61,102 nucleotides of DNA from Candidatus Yanofskybacteria bacterium RIFCSPHIGHO2_01_FULL_43_32 (GTDB lineage: Bacteria > Patescibacteriota > Minisyncoccia > 2-02-FULL-40-12 > GWA2-44-9). Shown piece by piece: positions 36,732 to 46,114 of this stretch (positions are counted from its first letter, which is position 1; every line of letters starts with the position of its first letter). The stretch is from positions 1 to 61,102 of the forward strand of contig MGJF01000004.1 in assembly GCA_001794125.1 (NCBI GenBank), in the 5' to 3' direction. The translations under genes were made by a program, and so were the position numbers. The notes beneath the pieces are model-generated. The model worked only from the letters and a program-made list of their open reading frames with translations. It was not told the DNA's origin and did no database searches.

Positions 36732-37868
36732 TTATCCCATCTTATATTTTCCGGTCAGTTTAGCAACCTTTTCTAATTGTTCTGTAAGTTTAAAGTTTTT
36801 CTTAATTTTTTTAATCCCGCGCTTTTCAAGCCGCTGGATTACGGCTTTCAGTATCCATGGCCAGACAACCGTTGCGTCTTGAAGGACTTCTGAAAAATTA
36901 CCGTCAAGTTTCATTTTTCCCCATGAAACGCCTTCTGAATAAGTACAGCCGGACAAACCTCCCCAGTTGACCGGTTCCGGACATATTCTTAATCCATAAG
37001 AAAACCGGATACCTTTAATGTGCTTCGGAGCTTTATTTTTGGGCATTCTGCCTTGTATTAACTCAAGAAGAGGTGCGACTTGCTGGGCCCAATTTCTGGG
37101 TACGCCGCCGCCTATCGTAAAGAGGGCAATTTTTTTCTGTTGGTTGATGAGCTCGGTATAGTGCTGGAGATCCAGCAGGGGATTAAATTGAAACGGTTTT
37201 TCTCCCTCGATTGCTTGGCGAAGAAGGTAAATGTAAACATCAAGGCCGAGTTCGGAGTCCGTATCCGCCGGTATGTAAACCGGAACATTCATTAGGCGGG
37301 CGCTTTTTAATATGCCTCTTTCTTTCGTGTTCTCTGTAAGCCACTGGCCGAGTTCTCGAGTTATTGTTCTTGACGTCAGGATTTGGTTCTGCGGTAATTT
37401 TTTCAAAATTTGGTGAACGATTCCTTCGGTTTCATCCAGATTTATTTCCGGTTCGATCACATCATATATGCGGTTATATCCTTTCTCATACAAATCGGAA
37501 TCGCTCATGGCGGGGTTATATTTGAAATGTTTCCGGCCGCTTGATTCAACGAATCCGTGCGTCATCAGGGCGCCGGTAGAAACAATGGCATGGACAAATC
37601 CGCGTTCAACCATCTCGCAAACCAAAAGCCCCATCTTTGCCGGAGTCATTGCGCCGGATAAGGTCATGACCACAAACACATTTTTGTCCGTTATCATTTT
37701 GAACAGCGTATCGGCGGCTTCGCCGACAGTACGCCCTCCAAATGCCGTTAAAGATTGGGACCTTAACATATCGTCAAAATCGTTTATTTTTGAAAGGTCC
37801 AGCGGTTCCAGAGGGGTAAGATTGTCATCAAATCCGGTATGATATTGATGTGCGTTTCGGTGCTTCAT
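36732..37868 (-). CDS. deoxyhypusine synthase-like protein
   Basis: TLSGAMTP, IGGGVPRNW, GGLSGCTYSEGVSWGK. Confidence 0.88.
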   Translation of the reverse strand: MKHRNAHQYHTGFDDNLTPLEPLDLSKINDFDDMLRSQSLTAFGGRTVGEAADTLFKMITDKNVFVVMTLSGAMTPAKMGLLVCEMVERGFVHAIVSTGALMTHGFVESSGRKHFKYNPAMSDSDLYEKGYNRIYDVIEPEINLDETEGIVHQILKKLPQNQILTSRTITRELGQWLTENTKERGILKSARLMNVPVYIPADTDSELGLDVYIYLLRQAIEGEKPFQFNPLLDLQHYTELINQQKKIALFTIGGGVPRNWAQQVAPLLELIQGRMPKNKAPKHIKGIRFSYGLRICPEPVNWGGLSGCTYSEGVSWGKMKLDGNFSEVLQDATVVWPWILKAVIQRLEKRGIKKIKKNFKLTEQLEKVAKLTGKYKMG

Positions 37869-37879
37869 TGTTTGTTTTA

Positions 37880-38917
37880 TTATTCTAATCCCATCTTTTC
37901 TTTTACTTCTTTTAGTGTAGAACCGGCTAATGCTTTAGCTTTTTCTTCGGATTTTATTAAAATAGACATAACGTAGTCAGGATTTTTCTTGAGTTCGTTA
38001 TATTTTTCCTGAAACGGTTTCAAAAAGCCCACAACAACTTCGGCGAGGTCGTTCTTGAAGTCCGCATATGATTTGCCTTCGTATTCGGCTTCAATGTTTT
38101 TTATCTCTTTTCCCGAGAGCATGTGGAAGATGGTGATAAGATTTGAGATTGCCGGCTTTTCTTCCTCGTTGTAGTAAACTTCTTTTCCGGAGTCGGTGAC
38201 GGCTTTTTTAATTTTTAACCTAATCTCATTTGGAGTATCAACTAGAAAAATACAACTATCGTCTCCGGCCTGCCCCGCACCAAGCCCGTCCCCTTTGCTG
38301 GCGGTCAGCGGATCAGCTTGGTGCGGGGTCTTGGACATTTTTTTGCCCGGATCCTGGAGGGACATTATTCTGGCACCTTCAGTCAGTTTTGCTTTGACCG
38401 GTTCAAATGTCTGGCCGAACATGGAATTAAATTTTTTGGCAATCTCGTTGGCTAAGTCGATGTGGGGCATCTGATCTTCTCCGACAGGAACAAGATTGGA
38501 TTTATAAATTAAAATATCGGCGGCCATTAAAACGGGATAATCTAAAAGCCCCATGTGGTTGTACTTGGGGGATTTGGCGAGCTGTTCTTTATGGGTAGGC
38601 AGGCGATCCAGCCAGCTCACCGGTGTAATCGTATTAAATATCCAAGCGAGTTCCGTATGCTGGGAGACTTTTGACTGGCGGATAAGGAGTGCTTTGTCGG
38701 GGTCAACTCCGGCGGCTAAATAATCCAAAACTACGTCCATGACTTGCCCGCGGTATTTCTTTGGGTCAAAAGGGGTAGTAATGCCGTGGTAGTCCACAAC
38801 GGCAAAAATTGCCTGGTCGGTTTTGTCCTGAAGTTCAATCCAGTTTTTGATGGCTCCGAGGTAGTTGCCGAGATGCAATTTTCCCGACGGTCTTATGCCA
38901 GAAAACACTTTGGTCAT
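37880..38917 (-). CDS. trpS: tryptophan--tRNA ligase with in-frame palindromic insertion
   Basis: SGIRPSGKLHLGNY, VPVGEDQ, KKMSK; start chosen at MTKVF. Confidence 0.96.
   Translation of the reverse strand: MTKVFSGIRPSGKLHLGNYLGAIKNWIELQDKTDQAIFAVVDYHGITTPFDPKKYRGQVMDVVLDYLAAGVDPDKALLIRQSKVSQHTELAWIFNTITPVSWLDRLPTHKEQLAKSPKYNHMGLLDYPVLMAADILIYKSNLVPVGEDQMPHIDLANEIAKKFNSMFGQTFEPVKAKLTEGARIMSLQDPGKKMSKTPHQADPLTASKGDGLGAGQAGDDSCIFLVDTPNEIRLKIKKAVTDSGKEVYYNEEEKPAISNLITIFHMLSGKEIKNIEAEYEGKSYADFKNDLAEVVVGFLKPFQEKYNELKKNPDYVMSILIKSEEKAKALAGSTLKEVKEKMGLE
38268..38330 (-). repeat. 63-bp hairpin element, copy 3, in frame in trpS
   Basis: encodes TPHQADPLTASKGDGLGAGQA directly after KKMSK. Confidence 0.85.
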
Positions 38918-39001
38918 TAAATTAAATAATAACCTAAAGACAATGAAAAACAAAGTGGATTGACACGGGTGTATATTATATTAAAGTTCTAAATAAGTTC
39001 A

Positions 39002-39532
39002 TTGAAATCAGGGGATTGCAAAATGCGGCGGTTTAAAACAAAAAGATTGCTTTGGATTTTGAGCTTGGCGCCGATAGCGCTTGTCGCCAACCTGCTGTTA
39101 ACAATTATTTTTGTTTATTTTGTATTGGTTTTTGATATTTACTTAAACACAGAAAAATTGAGCAAGATAGACAATTCCATGAATGCTTTTTGTCAGAATG
39201 TTGCTCACAATTCTATATTTACAAAGGGCCAGGTGGTTTTTAGGGTCGACAGGGGAACTTTGCTCTATCGTTTACATCCCTATATCAGCGGCGGGGGTGA
39301 TCCGTACGGATATGCTCCGTTTTTTATATTTCCACACCACCGGACGATTATTCTTGCCGAAGAAGTGTTAAAAACGAATAACTTAGCCCTGAAATCAATA
39401 GTTGCGCATGAAATGGGACATATCCAGGGCGGACTAAAACATTTTGGTCCCAAAAAAGAAATGGAGCAGTATGCCAATGATTTTGCGAAGAAGATAACAA
39501 AACCCAGCTTAAAAAAAGAACCTCATGAATAA
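39002..39532 (+). CDS. membrane-anchored HEXXH zinc metalloprotease-like protein
   Basis: VAHEMGH...EQYANDFA; N-terminal TM. Confidence 0.7.
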   Translation: MKSGDCKMRRFKTKRLLWILSLAPIALVANLLLTIIFVYFVLVFDIYLNTEKLSKIDNSMNAFCQNVAHNSIFTKGQVVFRVDRGTLLYRLHPYISGGGDPYGYAPFFIFPHHRTIILAEEVLKTNNLALKSIVAHEMGHIQGGLKHFGPKKEMEQYANDFAKKITKPSLKKEPHE

Positions 39533-39545
39533 GAGGTTCTTTTTA
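39511..39545. terminator. bidirectional terminator
   Basis: aaaaaagaacctc-atgaataa-gaggttctttttt between convergent genes. Confidence 0.75.
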
Positions 39546-39557
39546 ATGCTCCGTGTT

Positions 39558-41345
39558 TTAATCAACTTCAATTAATACCGGCAGTACCATCGGCCGGCGT
39601 TCTGTTTTTTGGAAGAGGAACAGGCCGATCTGGTTTCTTATCTGATCTTTGAGGAAGGGGAGGTTGGGCTGTTGGTGGCCGCCTTTGCCTTCAACGATGA
39701 ATTTAATCCGTTTTCGGACCTGCGACAAAAGCTCTTTATTTTCCTTCAAATATATGAATCCGCGGGAAATAATATCCGGACTGCCTCGCACCGTGCCGGT
39801 TTTGGAATGTATGAGAACGACAATTACGAACATTCCATCCTCGGCTAATATCTGCCTATCGCGCAATACAACGTTGCCGATGTCGCCGATTCCGAGTCCG
39901 TCAACAAAGACATAGTCGGACGGGGCCCGCATTTTATCGAACCACCATTTGTCCCTTTCTATATTAACAACCGTTCCGTTGTCGGCGATTATAATGTTCG
40001 CTTCGGGGATGTCTTCTTCCTGAGCCATTAAGCCGTGGTTGACCATCATGGAGTATTGTCCGTGGACAGGGAACATGAATTTGGGTTTAATTAGGCGTAT
40101 CATTTCTCGAAGGTCTTCTTTGTTCCCGTGTCCTCCCGTATGAACATCCAGCATTTGGTAATTGAAAACTTTCGCTCCGTTTCGGTATAACTGGTCTTTC
40201 AAAAATTGAACATTAACTTCATTTCCGGGAATGACCGAAGACGAGAAAATGTAAGTGTCATTCTTGCTTGTCCGCAGATAGCGGTGTTCGCCGTTGGCGA
40301 TTCTCATCAGAACGGCATTTCCTTCTCCCTGGGCTCCGGTAACAACGGCAACCACCTTGTCTTTGGGATAACTGTTAACTTCTTCCATGCCGATCTGTGT
40401 GCCTTTTTTGATTTTTAAATAGCCGAGTTTTTTACATATCTCGACATTTGTTTTCATGGAATACCCGTCAAAAACGACTTTTTTGCCGAATTTTTCGGAT
40501 ATGGTTATAATCTGCTGGATACGGTTTATAAGAGAAGCGAAGGTTCCAAGAATGATCATGCCGGTTGCTTCAGTGAATAGTTTTTCAAGATTGGCGGTAA
40601 CCTGCTGTTCCGACAGCGAATGTCCTTCTTTTTCGGCTCCCGTGGAATCGGACATAAGAACCAGGACCCCTTCCTCAGCGAGTTTCTTCATTTCTTCAAT
40701 ATCGGCCGGCAGGTCGTTTACCGGAGTATTGTCAAATTTAAAGTCGGAAGTATGGACGACGCTGCCTATGGGGGTCTTGATAACTATTTCAAGGTCGTCG
40801 GGAATGGAGTGGTTGATGCGGAGAACCTTAACGATTAATTTATCGCTTATTTTTATTTCGTCCCCGGCTTTTATTTCGTTGATTTCCAGAGGTTTTTGGA
40901 ATTTAAAATCATCCTGTCTTTTTATGAGGATTGCTTTGGTCAATGGAGCGGCATATATATCCGGGTCGCCTATTCTGTCCCTGATGAACGGCAGGGCTCC
41001 GATGTGGTCCATGTGGCCGTGGGTAAAGAACATGGCTTTGACCATGTGTTTTTTGTCGTCTAAGTATCCGGCGTTGGGAATTATGAAATCTATTCCCGGC
41101 ATATCTTCTCTTGGGAATCTCACCCCGGCGTCTATCAGTATTATTTCATCGTCGTATTGAACCGCCGACATATTGCGTCCGACCTCGCCCAGTCCGCCGA
41201 AATGAACGATTTTAAGACCGCCGACTTTATTTTCGGTCGGCTTGTGGGGAGCGTCTTTTTCGTTTTTGAAAACTTTTACTTGCCTGACGACCGGTTTCAT
41301 CCAGCGTCTTTTAACCGAGGGCTGTCTTGATTTGGGACTCATCAT
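39558..41345 (-). CDS. rnj: ribonuclease J
   Basis: GGLGEVGRNM, THGHMDHIG, HTGGHG, PVHG. Confidence 0.95.
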   Translation of the reverse strand: MMSPKSRQPSVKRRWMKPVVRQVKVFKNEKDAPHKPTENKVGGLKIVHFGGLGEVGRNMSAVQYDDEIILIDAGVRFPREDMPGIDFIIPNAGYLDDKKHMVKAMFFTHGHMDHIGALPFIRDRIGDPDIYAAPLTKAILIKRQDDFKFQKPLEINEIKAGDEIKISDKLIVKVLRINHSIPDDLEIVIKTPIGSVVHTSDFKFDNTPVNDLPADIEEMKKLAEEGVLVLMSDSTGAEKEGHSLSEQQVTANLEKLFTEATGMIILGTFASLINRIQQIITISEKFGKKVVFDGYSMKTNVEICKKLGYLKIKKGTQIGMEEVNSYPKDKVVAVVTGAQGEGNAVLMRIANGEHRYLRTSKNDTYIFSSSVIPGNEVNVQFLKDQLYRNGAKVFNYQMLDVHTGGHGNKEDLREMIRLIKPKFMFPVHGQYSMMVNHGLMAQEEDIPEANIIIADNGTVVNIERDKWWFDKMRAPSDYVFVDGLGIGDIGNVVLRDRQILAEDGMFVIVVLIHSKTGTVRGSPDIISRGFIYLKENKELLSQVRKRIKFIVEGKGGHQQPNLPFLKDQIRNQIGLFLFQKTERRPMVLPVLIEVD

Positions 41346-41438
41346 AACCGCTTTAAAGAGACACGATTATCAATCAGTTAATACGATTAAATGACTAAAT
41401 AGATCATGACTTACTATGAGTATTGGTTTTTACTAATG

Positions 41439-41522
41439 TGGGCGAGGGGAGATTTGAACTCCCACGAGCTTGCGCTCATAGCGCTCTGAACGCTACATGT
41501 CTGCCAGTTTCATCACTCGCCC
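41439..41522 (-). tRNA. tRNA-Leu(CAG)
   Basis: GGGCGAG/CTCGCCC acceptor, TAGCG-TTCAGAG-CGCTA anticodon arm, long variable arm, TTCAAAT T-loop; CCA not encoded. Confidence 0.95.
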
Positions 41523-41598
41523 GAAGAGGGTTATAATCACCAAGAGAATCAACGTTATTCCCAGTATACGCTTAATTTATAAATAATGCAAGGTCCGG

Positions 41599-43437
41599 TT
41601 ATTTCCAGCTTCTCTTGGTGTTTATGTACCACTTTTCTGCGTTGGAAAACCTGTCCGAAGGCATGGAGATTATCTTGCCGTTGAATCCTTTGATGTTGTT
41701 GGTTTGAGCATAGATATACAGAGGGTTATACAGGAATACGGCCGGGACATCTTCGACTACTAATTTCTGGAAGTCTTGATACTGCTGTATTCGCTCAAGA
41801 GGATTTAACGTCTGTCTGGATTTTTCCAAGAGGCCGTCGACCGACTTATTGTCGTAAAGAGCCAAATTCAACCCCGGGTCGCGTTTTTGGGAAGAATGCC
41901 ACAAACTGAACGGGTCAGGGTCTATGTTCAAAATTTCTCCGAAAAGAAGTGCCTGATAACTGCGTCCCTTTATTGCCTGCTGGAGGCTCTGTGTCGGAAG
42001 CGCTTCTATAATCAACTCTATTCCAATCTTGGCCCACTGTTCTTTCAGGATATTGGCGACATTATTCAGTTCCGGCCACGTTGAAGTGGTGAGCCGGATA
42101 GCCAGTCTTTCCGTAGCGGGTTTATCCTTCGAGGACTTGGCTTTTACGGTTTTGGTCAGTACTCCCTTGTCGTCCGGTCCGCCAGCCGGCGGAACCCAGC
42201 CGGCACCGGCAAGCAATTCTTTTGCTTTATCGGGATTGTAATCGTATTTTTTTACATCGCCGGCAATATCTAAAACTTCTCCTATCATCGGCGAGTTTAC
42301 TTCAAGACCCTTGCCGTCGAGTATCTTGTTTATAATTTCTTTTTTATCCGTTCCATAGTTCAGGGCAAGCCGGATGTTCTTATCGGAGAGTATTGGGGCC
42401 TCGTTTTGATTAAAAAATACTCCGAAATATCTCGGAAGCTTGAGTTCTTCTATGTTGAGCCGTTTTTTGAATTTGACCTTTTTAAGATTATTGGCCGAAA
42501 CAAAAGCCATGCTTTCGATGCTGTTCTTGTTAAATTCATCTATCATCTCATCTTCAGAGTTGTAGAATTTTAGCTCGATGCGGTCTACATACGGCCGGCC
42601 GTCATAGAAATTCCTGTTGGAATCCAGTTCGAAAGATGTAATTTTGCCCGTATCGTCTTTCTTTAATTTCTTAAATTTATACGGACCCGAGCCGATTGGC
42701 TTCAGATTAAAATCAGAAAGCGCGAAATTTACCGGCTTAACATCTTGCCAGACGTGCTGCGGAAGAATGTTGAGGGTTAAATTGTTGAGGAATTGGGCAT
42801 ACTTGTTTTTTAGTTTCAGTATCACTGTATGTTTGTCTGCGATCTCAACATCAACGCCTTGCCAATTTATTCTTTGCAAGCTTCCATAATCGGGATTTTG
42901 GGCCGTTTGGATGGTGAACACGACATCATCGGCGGTTATGGGAGCGCCGTCATGCCACTTTGCGTTTTCCTTCAGATATATAGTGTAATTCAGACCATCA
43001 CCGGATATTTCATAGGACTTGGCAAGGTCCGGAACAAGCTTTCCTTCCCTGTTGTATTTCATCAGACCGGAATAGACCAAACTGACCAAATCGCGGTCAA
43101 CGTCATTGTTTTGGGACAGGAGCGGATTTATGTAATGCGGTTCGCCGACCATTCCTTCGCTGAAAGAACCGCCGTAATCAGGCACGGCTTTGGTGTAGTG
43201 ATAAAAAACAGTGAACGGCAGTGATATTAAAGAACCGGCGAAGATAAGCAAAAAAATTATAATTAAATACCTTTCTTTTTGGGAAAGAACCTTTGGCAGT
43301 AATCTTATTTTGGCGGTGCCGATGTTTTTTAAGACAGTTTCTTTGATACCTTCTCTCCGCCGGCTGGCGGATGGTTTTTCCTTATCATCTGATTTCAAAC
43401 CAAAGAAGTCGTCTAATTGGCTATCATCTTTGAACAT
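41599..43437 (-). CDS. ABC transporter substrate-binding protein, family 5 (OppA-like)
   Basis: LVYSGL, PDLAKSY, KWHDGAPITADDVVFT, GSGPY; start moved to avoid overlap with secG. Confidence 0.9.
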   Translation of the reverse strand: MFKDDSQLDDFFGLKSDDKEKPSASRRREGIKETVLKNIGTAKIRLLPKVLSQKERYLIIIFLLIFAGSLISLPFTVFYHYTKAVPDYGGSFSEGMVGEPHYINPLLSQNNDVDRDLVSLVYSGLMKYNREGKLVPDLAKSYEISGDGLNYTIYLKENAKWHDGAPITADDVVFTIQTAQNPDYGSLQRINWQGVDVEIADKHTVILKLKNKYAQFLNNLTLNILPQHVWQDVKPVNFALSDFNLKPIGSGPYKFKKLKKDDTGKITSFELDSNRNFYDGRPYVDRIELKFYNSEDEMIDEFNKNSIESMAFVSANNLKKVKFKKRLNIEELKLPRYFGVFFNQNEAPILSDKNIRLALNYGTDKKEIINKILDGKGLEVNSPMIGEVLDIAGDVKKYDYNPDKAKELLAGAGWVPPAGGPDDKGVLTKTVKAKSSKDKPATERLAIRLTTSTWPELNNVANILKEQWAKIGIELIIEALPTQSLQQAIKGRSYQALLFGEILNIDPDPFSLWHSSQKRDPGLNLALYDNKSVDGLLEKSRQTLNPLERIQQYQDFQKLVVEDVPAVFLYNPLYIYAQTNNIKGFNGKIISMPSDRFSNAEKWYINTKRSWK

Positions 43438-43442
43438 ATATT

Positions 43443-43667
43443 TTAGGCAAAAAATACTCTGGCGACGGAAATGCCGAGAAATAGAACGGCTAAAACTATT
43501 GTAGTCCAAAAAATTATTTTCTCTGCGCCGCGCTTCGTGCTGTATTCCAAAGACCCGCCTCCGAAAGTTGAGGACAGCCCTGTTCCGCGCTGTTGAAGCA
43601 AAATGGCGGCTATAAGCAATAAGGATAATCCGATTTGGGCATAGGTTAATATTTGTGCGGTGTTCAT
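43443..43667 (-). CDS. secG: preprotein translocase subunit SecG
   Basis: LLQQRGTGLSSTFGG...KRGAEK. Confidence 0.92.
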   Translation of the reverse strand: MNTAQILTYAQIGLSLLLIAAILLQQRGTGLSSTFGGGSLEYSTKRGAEKIIFWTTIVLAVLFLGISVARVFFA

Positions 43668-43668
43668 T

Positions 43669-44019
43669 TTATATTACGGCTTTTTTAGTGGCTGATACGG
43701 CCAGATTTATTATGGTAATTATGACGACGGCGTATAAAAGCGTTGCCGTGTCTTTGATTGATACGAAGTCAAATATATAATCAACTGTCCATAAAAGCAA
43801 CCCGTTGATGACTAAAGTGAAAAGTCCGAGAGTCAGGATTATAATGGGCATGGATATCATTTTCAGCACCGGCTTGACGGTAAGATTCAACAGTCCCAAG
43901 AATGCGCCGGCCAACAGATATTCTTTCCAGCTTCCATTCACGACAAAGCCCGGAACGAAGTAGTAAGCCGCATAAAGAGCCAGTGAATTGCCGAATATTC
44001 TGATTATAAAACCAATCAT
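43669..44019 (-). CDS. 4-TM phage holin-like family membrane protein (YvlD/DUF360)
   Basis: LGLLNLTVKPVLKMISMPIIILTLGLFTLVINGLLL. Confidence 0.85.
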   Translation of the reverse strand: MIGFIIRIFGNSLALYAAYYFVPGFVVNGSWKEYLLAGAFLGLLNLTVKPVLKMISMPIIILTLGLFTLVINGLLLWTVDYIFDFVSIKDTATLLYAVVIITIINLAVSATKKAVI

Positions 44020-44089
44020 ACTATGGTTATAACGATAGCATCAAAAGGATTAAAATTCAACCATTGACACCTGCCTGCCTGCCGGCAGG

Positions 44090-44221
44090 CAACCTCCATG
44101 CATGCGGAGGGAGACGCCTTTTTAAAAATTGATTAATTTTGTAAAAAGTGTCTCCCTCCGCTGGTTGTTTGGTTAAATAGATGACAACTGGCAATAGAGA
44201 TTCAAACTCTCTTGGAATAAG
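44090..44221 (+). repeat. element E, copy 5 (5' end replaced by CCTGCC palindrome)
   Basis: gcggagggagac...gtctccctccgc stem. Confidence 0.8.
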
Positions 44222-44304
44222 GTGTCATAGAATTCTTCTTTTGACCATAAAACACAACCGTGCTAATATAGACGATAATCTCTGTTCTTTTCCAAGGAGA
44301 TTTC

Positions 44305-44523
44305 ATGAAGCAAGGACTATCATCAAAACGTAAAATCGTAAGAACTTTAGAAGCAGGAATAGTATTAGAGAAAGACATTGTTTTTCCTGCTAGATTGAGT
44401 GCTTCATTTGTTCTTGGGGGATGGTCGAGGATAGCAAATAATAAGAAAGAGTTTCGTGAGTTGCTAAAGACGGGGTTAGAACTTTCTCCCATATCCGAGG
44501 TTTTGATAAAATGGAAAGAGTAA
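44305..44523 (+). CDS. 72-aa hypothetical protein between inverted E copies
   Basis: TTGACC-N17-TAATAT promoter, AGGAGA RBS, downstream hairpin plus T-run. Confidence 0.6.
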   Translation: MKQGLSSKRKIVRTLEAGIVLEKDIVFPARLSASFVLGGWSRIANNKKEFRELLKTGLELSPISEVLIKWKE

Positions 44524-44562
44524 ATTCATGTATTGCCGTCTGGTTAGTCCAGCGGTTTTTTT

Positions 44563-44692
44563 GTTTGACCTTTTCTTATCAATTGTCATTTAGCTACCAA
44601 AACAACCGGCGAAGGGTGTGCCCTTTTATAAAATTGCAAGATTTTAGAAAAGGGGCACCCCGCAGCATGCATAGAGGTTGTGTGAACCTATC
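44563..44692 (-). repeat. element E, copy 6 (inverted), overlapping the uvrC stop
   Basis: same conserved flanks as the other copies. Confidence 0.8.
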
Positions 44693-46064
44693 TTAGATAT
44701 TTTCTGTGCAGTTTTCTGTAATATCCAATCGCGAAGCGATGGGCTTCGCTATCAATGGCAAGGAGGAGGTTTCTGTCGGCGGGGGAGAGTTTGGTTAGGG
44801 GAACGGTTCGCCATCCGCCCGAATTGGCGGAGGCGGATTTTCTGCCCGGGACAATCAGCTGGTGGCCCATGTGGCGCTCGTTTTTGGAAATACCGATAAT
44901 TTGAATTTTGATGGCCAGTTTTTTGAGTGTTTTAACTGCCGCACTAACCTGACCCTTGCCCCCGTCAATAAGTATCAAGTCCGGGAACGGCCATTCTTCG
45001 TGCCGGAAACGCCGTTCAAGTATTTCGCGTAGCATTGCCGTGTCGTCGGGAGTTTGTTTGGTATAAATCTTAAACTTTCTGTAAAAATTCTTATCCGGCT
45101 GGCCGTGAACGAATGTAACCATGGAGCCGGTGGCATGGGCGCCTTGAATATTGGAAACATCGTAACCTTCTATACGGACTATTGGTTTTTGCAATTTTAG
45201 CAAAGATTCCAATCCGGAATGTTGGGTTTTTAAAATGTCGGAGCTTTTTATTATTCTGGAATTCTCGAATATTTTTTCCAATTTTGTTATTTTGTCGCGC
45301 AACTCTATGGCTTTTCCAAAGTCGTCTTTTTTAGCGGCATTGCCGGCCTCTTTCCCGAGTTCTTTTACGAAAGAATTCTTTTTCCCGTTCAATATTTCCC
45401 TGACAGCATTTATGTTGTCTGCGTATGCTTTTTTGTCTTTGCTTGAAGTTCCTGATTTTAAACAGCAAAATCCCAAACACTTTCCAATGTGGTAATTAAG
45501 ACAGCGGTTGTGATGAAGCTGTTTACAGGTGCAATATGGAAAAACCGAGCGCAGAAAACGCAGGGTTGTTTTTAAAGCGCCCCCGTCAGTAAAAGGACCT
45601 ATGAAATGTGTATTAAACAAACGAGGGGTGGCCCGAGTGGGGACCCCGGTCGCGTGGAGGTCTAGCAAGACCGAACCCGTCCGGGGTGATGAGGGGCAGG
45701 CCCCCGAAGTCCGTGTTTGATGAGTGATAAAAATCTTTGGGAAATTTTCATTACTGAAGCCGACATAAAAATACTGTTTGTCATCCCGCATCACGATATT
45801 GAACTGCGGGCGATATTTTTTTATCAATTGTGATTCAAGTATTAATGCCTCAATATCCGATTGAGTAGAAATAAATTTCAACGTTTGAGACAACCCCACC
45901 ATTTTTTTAATTCTAAAATCTTTCGTTTTTAAATACGAACCAAGCCGGATTTTTAAATTGGAGGCCTTGCCTATGTACAAATATTTTTTGGCATCCTTGA
46001 ATATGTAAATTCCCGGGTTGGACGGTAGTTTCGGTATGTATTTTTTGAGCGCGGCTTGATTCAT
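44688..46064 (-). CDS. uvrC: excinuclease UvrC (short, no HhH; two in-frame insertions)
   Basis: PGIYIFK..YIGKASNL GIY-YIG, CTC..CLNYHIGKC, UVR domain, RIEGYDVSN, LILIDGGKGQ. Confidence 0.92.
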   Translation of the reverse strand: MNQAALKKYIPKLPSNPGIYIFKDAKKYLYIGKASNLKIRLGSYLKTKDFRIKKMVGLSQTLKFISTQSDIEALILESQLIKKYRPQFNIVMRDDKQYFYVGFSNENFPKIFITHQTRTSGACPSSPRTGSVLLDLHATGVPTRATPRLFNTHFIGPFTDGGALKTTLRFLRSVFPYCTCKQLHHNRCLNYHIGKCLGFCCLKSGTSSKDKKAYADNINAVREILNGKKNSFVKELGKEAGNAAKKDDFGKAIELRDKITKLEKIFENSRIIKSSDILKTQHSGLESLLKLQKPIVRIEGYDVSNIQGAHATGSMVTFVHGQPDKNFYRKFKIYTKQTPDDTAMLREILERRFRHEEWPFPDLILIDGGKGQVSAAVKTLKKLAIKIQIIGISKNERHMGHQLIVPGRKSASANSGGWRTVPLTKLSPADRNLLLAIDSEAHRFAIGYYRKLHRKYLR

Positions 46065-46114
46065 TCAGGTCAATATTATACAATATTTTCAGTAATTTGA
46101 AAAGCGAGAATCTC

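Noticed and set aside
44202-44492. 96-aa minus-strand ORF
   Set aside because: Shadow of the plus-strand 72-aa ORF, which has the promoter, RBS and terminator
2626-44692. Element E as integron attC sites (CAAC...GTTG closure)
   Set aside because: R boxes do not fit RYYYAAC/GTTRRRY, spacers are very asymmetric, copies follow core genes, and no integrase is present
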